From a virus, in the IMG/VR virus record IMGVR_UViG_3300010367_000050, positions 16,509 through 80,508 of that record: a stretch of 64,000 nt of DNA, one strand, 5' to 3'. Of this stretch, positions 58,349 to 64,000 are shown in pieces. How positions within the stretch are numbered: position 1 is the first letter of the stretch; each line of letters starts with the position of its first letter. Made by a program: the position numbers and the translations under genes. The notes under the pieces are model-generated. The model worked only from the letters and a program-made list of their open reading frames with translations. It did not search any database and had not been told where the DNA came from.

Positions 58349-58690
58349 TTATCGTGCTACTGGTTTACAACTACACTTTTGGACAGCGTTGAAACATCCT
58401 GTACACTCGTTGCGTTCGTTCAAAGAGCGTCCACACGTACACAGTATGTTTGAAATGATCTCACCAGGTTTCAGAAGTCCCAGATCAGAGGCCAGTACAA
58501 GCTGGTCCAAGCGTTCCAATGTCCTACCCATGAGCGAAGCACCTACCTTGTAGAACAGATAGTCACGCTCCAATTCTCCGTTAGCACCATTCAAGATGAC
58601 TTGACCAGCAGCGGCAACTGCCTCGCGCAATACAGTCTGTCGGCGCAAATCCTCACGGAGCAACAACTTCTGTTTTTCCTCAGGCAGCAT
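58349..58690 (-). CDS. Hypothetical protein with Cys-rich C-terminus
   Basis: CTCG...CTGC...CSC. Confidence 0.65.
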   Translation of the reverse strand: MLPEEKQKLLLREDLRRQTVLREAVAAAGQVILNGANGELERDYLFYKVGASLMGRTLERLDQLVLASDLGLLKPGEIISNILCTCGRSLNERNECTGCFNAVQKCSCKPVAR

Positions 58691-58976
58691 GTTCCAGCCG
58701 TTTCATATCCAAAGTGAGGAAAGCTGCTGCCAGAGCTAGATTTTCCAAGACGGTTGGCCGTAAGTCATACGGAGGAAGACAAGCTGGATACCTGTCAAAC
58801 GCCATGAGCACGTAGTCCTCGGTGTTGCCGCGTTCCTGTCTGCGAGCCGCTTCGATATGACACTGTGAGGCAAACTCCAACTCGCCAAATTGGAACTTGG
58901 ACACATCACCATCAGGGATTGTGTAGCACAACAGATTGTAAACGTAACGATGTACAAGTGCTTCAAGGTTAGTCAT
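58680..58976 (-). CDS. Hypothetical protein
   Basis: GGAG SD before MTNLE; ENLALAAAFL pattern. Confidence 0.6.
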   Translation of the reverse strand: MTNLEALVHRYVYNLLCYTIPDGDVSKFQFGELEFASQCHIEAARRQERGNTEDYVLMAFDRYPACLPPYDLRPTVLENLALAAAFLTLDMKRLEHAA

Positions 58977-59203
58977 GGCGTCTCCGTTTCTCTGAGTTTG
59001 TTGTACAAATCCTTGCCTGGCCTCTCCACCCCGATGCTGCGAGCAAACCGGCTGGATAGTGAGAACCCGATTCCCTGTTTGCGGACCCAGGTCACCCACT
59101 TTCCATAATGATCAATTTGTTTGGCTGCTGCTGTCATTGCTTGAGTAAGGGGCGTTTCATGGCTCTTTACTGCTCTGCGACACGGTAATGCGATCTTGTT
59201 CAA
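58973..59203 (-). CDS. Hypothetical protein
   Basis: AAGGAG SD; promoter-like TTCGCT-N16-GATACT at 59252-59225. Confidence 0.55.
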   Translation of the reverse strand: MNKIALPCRRAVKSHETPLTQAMTAAAKQIDHYGKWVTWVRKQGIGFSLSSRFARSIGVERPGKDLYNKLRETETP

Positions 59204-59259
59204 CTCCTTGCACCCTCCATTCTTAGTATCTCTCGGACGGCCTCTCAGCGAAAGGTCTG

Positions 59260-62205
59260 TTACGCTAACTTGGCGATACCATCCACCTTCTGAATAACAA
59301 TGGACTCGTGTAGCATCTTGTTCAATCCCGTGTGACTCGTGAGATAGATCGTCAACTTGAGTTCACGGGCAAGCTCTTGTATCATGTCTAACACGGTCTC
59401 CAACCCGGTTCCGTCCAAGGTGTCTAACGTTTCATCTAACAACATGATGTTGATGTTACTTCTGCTATGGGCTATCTTGAACAGAGCAAGCATAACACAC
59501 AGATCAATACGACGTTTCTCACCGCTGGAGTTACCCCCATACACGTCAGAGCCCATTTCATTCCAAGCCTTGATCTCAAACTTGTCCTTGGCAGCTGACT
59601 CCTTGAACGTTTGGAATTCAATAGTTACAGAGCCACCGCTCAATTTGGATGAGAATTCGTTGGAGTACTGTGTCAGGTCCGGTATAATCTGATCCAACAA
59701 GAAGCTGCGAACTCCAGAATTACCAAAGACGTCAGTCCAGAACTCCAACTGACTAACCTGCGATTGTTGAGACGAGACCTTCTTGGTCCCATACTCAATG
59801 TCAGTTTTCAACGTATCAACATCAAATTGAACCTTGGCTACCAAGCCAGGATACGGGTTTACAGGGGCAGCATCCAAGGCTTTCTGAATACCCGCTATGG
59901 CTGCTCTGGAAGTGCCCTGCTTGAACTCAGCTGAAGATATTTGCCTGCGCTTGTCCTCGATCTCACGAGTCAACTTGTGTATCTCTTCTGTGAGCTCCGT
60001 CTGACGTGCTCTCTGTTCTTTCATGGTAGTAACAGCAGAGTTCAGGTCTACCAATTGAGCCTCCAACTTAGCACGAGCGTCAGTGAGGGTCTTGCGCTCT
60101 CGTTGATACGCAACAATCATCTTGCCAGTATTCGCCACAGCCTGACCGCAGGTAGGACAAGGTTTGCCTGCTAAATTATTGGCTTTGTCGAGCTTAGACT
60201 GTATCTGATCTGTGGAAACTTGGTTTGCCTCTATCTCTGTGGACTTGGACGAAGCCTTAGCCCTGATATCGGCCCAAGCTTCATGATCAAAAGGTTCAAA
60301 TTCAGCCTTCTTAGTCGTTAGCTGCGACTCTAAGCCAGCAATCTCAGTCTTGTACTTTTCAATAATGGCATCCAATATACCTATGTTTGTGTTGTGTTCC
60401 CCAATCTCTTCCTGGAGTTCAGACACGCGGGCCTTTTCCGACTTCTCCCAGTCCAAGTCTTCTCTCTGATATTCCTCCAGAGTAGCTGTCGCGCGGGAAA
60501 GGTTCTCCACCTTGCCGTTTAGCTCCGTAGCGGTTATCAGGAGGTCTTTTCTGACGTCCTTGATGATCTCCTTCGCTAAGGCTCCAGCAGCGGTAAACCG
60601 GCGGGTCTGAAGGATAGAGTCCAGAATTTGCTTCTGATTGGCGTCAGTGGAGCTAACAAACTTGAGCGCATCCGGTGAGAACGCGACTACAGAACTGAAT
60701 GTCTTGAAATCGATTCCAAGCTTCTTGTTGATTTCAGCCTGCGTGAGGTCCGTTGTACCCAGGGTCGCCCGTCCCTTGTTTACATACAGTTCAACTCCGG
60801 TTCCACCATACTCCTTGGACTTGCGGAATCTAATGATCTTCACCAAGTCACCGCCAATACGCAGGGTTGTCTCCACCTCACAGTTACGGCCGACTTTTCT
60901 GTTGATAACCTTGTCCGCAGGTACATTCCTGGCAGTCTCGCCGTATAAGCACCAGAATATGGACTCTGGGAGAAACGCCGATTTTCCAGCGCCATTGGAG
61001 TCAAATCCTTCACTGGACAGATTCTCTCCAACAACTCCAATGACACTTCCGGGGTAGTCCAGCTTGAGCTCGATCTCACCGATGGACATAAAGTTGCGCA
61101 CCTTCACCTTCAGCAACTTGACGTGAGCATTAGCTGATCCAGCGGGAGCAGCGCTATTCAATAGTTGCCTGCCAATTTTGATCCATTTCTCAGGCTTGTT
61201 GTGATACTTCAGGAACTCCTTGAGTATGTCTATATCAGACATCGACTCGTTCAATTCAATCCTGGCCTTGGCAGTCGTAGCCTTCCTGGAAGCTACAATC
61301 TTAGCATGTAGATTCAGTTCAGACACGACCTCTGTTACTCGTGATAACAGCAAGGGATTGTCTATGACAACATCCAAATAGTGGAGTTGAAGGGCTTCCT
61401 CATTGACAGACTCCAATAATTCCGTGGCAGTGATCGATCTGAACTGCTTACAACCCGTCTTGTAACTCTTCACGGTTCCGTCAGCATACAACATCTGCCA
61501 ACGCTTTACTTCTTGAATCTCTCCACGATTTATTTGTGTGAGTGAGCCAGTATACCAAACATTATCAGCCATTTTCTGAGGCTTGTGATAGTGACCAAGA
61601 AATACTGCCTTGAGCTCGGTGTGACGCAAGTCTTCGACCTTGACGGGGTCTTTGATGACATATTCCACTGGGCCAATAAATGCCCCATCAACACCGATGT
61701 GAGCAAATAACAAGTCAGGCATGCCATCCACGTCCAACCTCTGAAGGCAGTGAAGTATGTCCTTGTGAGACGACATGTACGGTATCACGCCGCATTGCCA
61801 ACCAGCTATCTTATCAATACATTGGGTGTCGTACACCTGTACAAGCTTCCTCAACCCGTAGATTGAATGGATAGCCCCGGCTTTGTCCATCTGGTCGTGA
61901 TTGCCGGTGTTGATATAGACGGGAAGCTCGTACTCTTGGACTACTTGTTCCAATGCCCAATACACATACTGGAACACGTCAACAGAAATGCTCCCCCGGA
62001 CGTGAAACAGATCGCCGTTGATGAAGAGAGCATCAGCGCCCAGTGACTTAGCGCGTTTGGCGACATACAAGAACACATCTAACTGGTCGTTTAGCCTGGA
62101 GTTGATCGGAGTTCCGAGTACTGGATGCGTTATAGTCCTGGCGAATTCAGGGAAATCGTGGAAGTGCGGGTCAGCAATAATTGCTATGTTTCCTAATTGT
62201 CTCAC
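59260..62205 (-). CDS. SbcD/Mre11 nuclease fused to SbcC/Rad50 ATPase (gp47-gp46-like)
   Basis: ADPH, GDLFH, GNHD, GHYH phosphoesterase motifs; then VRNFMSI, NGAGKS, coiled coil with CPTCG hook, SSGEKRR, LLDE, SH. Confidence 0.93.
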   Translation of the reverse strand: MRQLGNIAIIADPHFHDFPEFARTITHPVLGTPINSRLNDQLDVFLYVAKRAKSLGADALFINGDLFHVRGSISVDVFQYVYWALEQVVQEYELPVYINTGNHDQMDKAGAIHSIYGLRKLVQVYDTQCIDKIAGWQCGVIPYMSSHKDILHCLQRLDVDGMPDLLFAHIGVDGAFIGPVEYVIKDPVKVEDLRHTELKAVFLGHYHKPQKMADNVWYTGSLTQINRGEIQEVKRWQMLYADGTVKSYKTGCKQFRSITATELLESVNEEALQLHYLDVVIDNPLLLSRVTEVVSELNLHAKIVASRKATTAKARIELNESMSDIDILKEFLKYHNKPEKWIKIGRQLLNSAAPAGSANAHVKLLKVKVRNFMSIGEIELKLDYPGSVIGVVGENLSSEGFDSNGAGKSAFLPESIFWCLYGETARNVPADKVINRKVGRNCEVETTLRIGGDLVKIIRFRKSKEYGGTGVELYVNKGRATLGTTDLTQAEINKKLGIDFKTFSSVVAFSPDALKFVSSTDANQKQILDSILQTRRFTAAGALAKEIIKDVRKDLLITATELNGKVENLSRATATLEEYQREDLDWEKSEKARVSELQEEIGEHNTNIGILDAIIEKYKTEIAGLESQLTTKKAEFEPFDHEAWADIRAKASSKSTEIEANQVSTDQIQSKLDKANNLAGKPCPTCGQAVANTGKMIVAYQRERKTLTDARAKLEAQLVDLNSAVTTMKEQRARQTELTEEIHKLTREIEDKRRQISSAEFKQGTSRAAIAGIQKALDAAPVNPYPGLVAKVQFDVDTLKTDIEYGTKKVSSQQSQVSQLEFWTDVFGNSGVRSFLLDQIIPDLTQYSNEFSSKLSGGSVTIEFQTFKESAAKDKFEIKAWNEMGSDVYGGNSSGEKRRIDLCVMLALFKIAHSRSNINIMLLDETLDTLDGTGLETVLDMIQELARELKLTIYLTSHTGLNKMLHESIVIQKVDGIAKLA

Positions 62206-62211
62206 AATTCC

Positions 62212-62457
62212 TCACAGATTCGGGTCCATGTTGGCAAGAACCTCTTGCTGCTTGATGTAAGCTTCGTGCTTACACTCACAAGCTTGTTTGGTTGACCACT
62301 TCTGTCTTACAATACCTCGGCAGTTTTGACAACGTCCCGCACGGCATTCCAAGCAGAAAGCTTTGTTTTGAGCCCGGCGACCAGTAGAGGTGCTTAGCTC
62401 TTGCGCTCTTGTGCCATTGTATTTGGTGCCGTGTGGGACTGAGTATTCATACGCCAT
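62212..62457 (-). CDS. Small Cys-rich protein
   Basis: CLEC...CQNC...CEC. Confidence 0.6.
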   Translation of the reverse strand: MAYEYSVPHGTKYNGTRAQELSTSTGRRAQNKAFCLECRAGRCQNCRGIVRQKWSTKQACECKHEAYIKQQEVLANMDPNL

Positions 62458-62458
62458 G

Positions 62459-63778
62459 CTATGACTTATCCTCCCGTACTCTTACAAAGACTGGGAACTG
62501 GAGTTTGGGGATTCCGGACTCATTCACGGTCTTCTCTTGATACGAAATTTCTGCTATCATACCAGCCAACTCATTGCGGCGTTCCCATAACTCATCGCGT
62601 TCTTTGTCTGAAAGCCTCAACCCAGCCTTACACTCGGTTCCATCGCCCATGTCTATCACAAGTTTGCCAGCTGTGTCAGCATGCTTCTTGCCCTCTTCAC
62701 CGGGCTCCACCCTGACTATCATCAGGTCAATGGTATCCATCTTCTTGTGCTTGAGGATGCTCGATTTGGTCTTGAAGTTATAGGGCTCGTCAAACCTGAA
62801 CATAGCACCCTCATAACCCTGTCTCATGTACTGATCCCGGATGGAATCCAACTTGGGCATTACAAGCATGTTGGGAGGTACAACCTTGGTCTCCACCAAC
62901 TTCAGGTTCTGAAACATTCCAAACGTCGAGCCATTGGCCAGTTGAGCCAGCTTATGCTTGCGACTGCTGAAACTGCTTGTCCTTTGACGGCGCCATTGAG
63001 TCAGGGTGATCATGTCAAACACATAGAACACAGCATCTTCGACCTCGTTGCCAGCCAATTTCTTGGTCTTGCGTGTTGTAAAGAAGTCCTTGTTGATGAC
63101 CTCTCCGTCAAACACCAACCCGATATCCTTGAAATCGCTAAACTCCATGACTGTGCGAAGATTCTTGGCGATCATCTGATAGTTCAGCATAGGGTGCCCC
63201 TTACGTGACAAGCAGTCCACTTGCCCGTCAGGCTGAACAATTACAACCATGCGATCGCCGTTCAACTTAGGCTGAACGAACACCTTCTTGAGGCGTCCTG
63301 GCACTAGCTGTTCGTGAATGTGATTGAACAGCTTCTTACAGTGACGTTCTTCCAAAGGCTCCGCGAGAGCAACCCCAAACGTGGGAATGAACCCTGGAAG
63401 CACTTTGTTTACAAGTGCCGCGCCGACTCCACAGCGAAGGTCTTTCAACATAATCCTGCGTAGAATCATCGCTCCATTCATTGACAAGTTGGACTGAAGC
63501 TCAACTGTCCTTTGTAGGATACTCTTCCCACGAATCTCTCCAGACAAAATTCCGTAACAATGATCAGTTATGGCTTTCCATTCCCCCACTATCCTGCCAC
63601 GAGCCGTGGCACCCGGTAGCTTCTGAATATTGAACTTGCGATATGGATCCAAGGCCAGCAGAAGCATTTCCTTGAATTCAGGCACCATCTCGCTGTACTT
63701 CTCGATGATATTGATCTTGCCTGTAGATGTGGAGTCAGACTCCAGTTCACGCAATGCCTTAGCCAATAGTGTAATCAC
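62459..63778 (-). CDS. ATP-dependent DNA ligase
   Basis: KDLRCG, QPKLNGDR (motif I), FDGE, VFD, YEGAM, LKHK, FPVFVRVREDK; GTG start with GGAG SD. Confidence 0.94.
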   Translation of the reverse strand: MITLLAKALRELESDSTSTGKINIIEKYSEMVPEFKEMLLLALDPYRKFNIQKLPGATARGRIVGEWKAITDHCYGILSGEIRGKSILQRTVELQSNLSMNGAMILRRIMLKDLRCGVGAALVNKVLPGFIPTFGVALAEPLEERHCKKLFNHIHEQLVPGRLKKVFVQPKLNGDRMVVIVQPDGQVDCLSRKGHPMLNYQMIAKNLRTVMEFSDFKDIGLVFDGEVINKDFFTTRKTKKLAGNEVEDAVFYVFDMITLTQWRRQRTSSFSSRKHKLAQLANGSTFGMFQNLKLVETKVVPPNMLVMPKLDSIRDQYMRQGYEGAMFRFDEPYNFKTKSSILKHKKMDTIDLMIVRVEPGEEGKKHADTAGKLVIDMGDGTECKAGLRLSDKERDELWERRNELAGMIAEISYQEKTVNESGIPKLQFPVFVRVREDKS

Positions 63779-64000
63779 TGGTCGTCTCCAGATGCTGAAA
63801 TGGTTGAATGAAGGCTGTGAAGTTTGCCAGGATGGACGCGAACTGATGCCGGGCAAGATTTGTGCGCACGGTCATCTTGTTCAAGCTTCCCATCCGGTAC
63901 TCGATGTCGTGAGATTGATAACAGTGGTGGCACTCTCCACACAGAGACACTAGCTTTACACTTTTAGCTAGTTAACCAATCCCGGCGTCACAGAAAACGA

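Noticed and set aside
56013-62205. JetD-like TOPRIM plus SMC-like ATPase as a Wadjet system
   Set aside because: The ATPase has a Rad50 Zn hook and a fused Mre11 domain; no JetA/JetB; the genes are not adjacent.
63255-63278. Ligase motif I reads KLNG rather than KxDG
   Set aside because: The catalytic Lys and other motifs are intact; a tolerated variant rather than evidence of novelty.
1-64000. Genome-wide stop codon reassignment
   Set aside because: TAA, TAG and TGA all end well-defined genes and long ORFs are intact in the standard code.

Overview
64 kb of a tailed dsDNA bacteriophage with a contractile tail (myovirus morphology), probably lytic and infecting a diderm host (GH108 endolysin, lipoprotein in the lysis cassette, sigma70-like promoters). 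No integrase, tRNA or CRISPR array was seen. Almost all genes are on the minus strand. From right to left: ATP-dependent DNA ligase, a single-ORF SbcD-SbcC (Mre11-Rad50) fusion, a long early/accessory region, a poorly coding junction at about 44.4-47.7 kb, a plus-strand accessory block (dCMP deaminase, YhaM-like HD, Nudix), resolvase/HU/sigma-Mor-like regulator, terminase, portal, head, neck, sheath/tube/tape measure, baseplate, fibres, lysis, a UvsW-like helicase and a DnaB/gp41-like helicase cut by the window edge. Most notable: (1) three Cys-paired tail fibre/spike-like proteins that each begin with a Sec-type signal peptide, two of them lying between the two halves of an apparently split gpI-like baseplate gene; (2) a prfB-like +1 frameshift cassette (GGAGG-TAT-CTT-TAG-C) that would fuse the portal to a gpF-like head protein; (3) a ~1 kb island nearly free of TG on the coding strand; (4) a three-copy paralogous domain and a recurring GTCCGA(T/A)A promoter-region motif. 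Caveat: at least four accessory genes look broken by single-base homopolymer insertions, so recoding claims need read-level confirmation. All calls come from reading motifs by eye; no searches were run.
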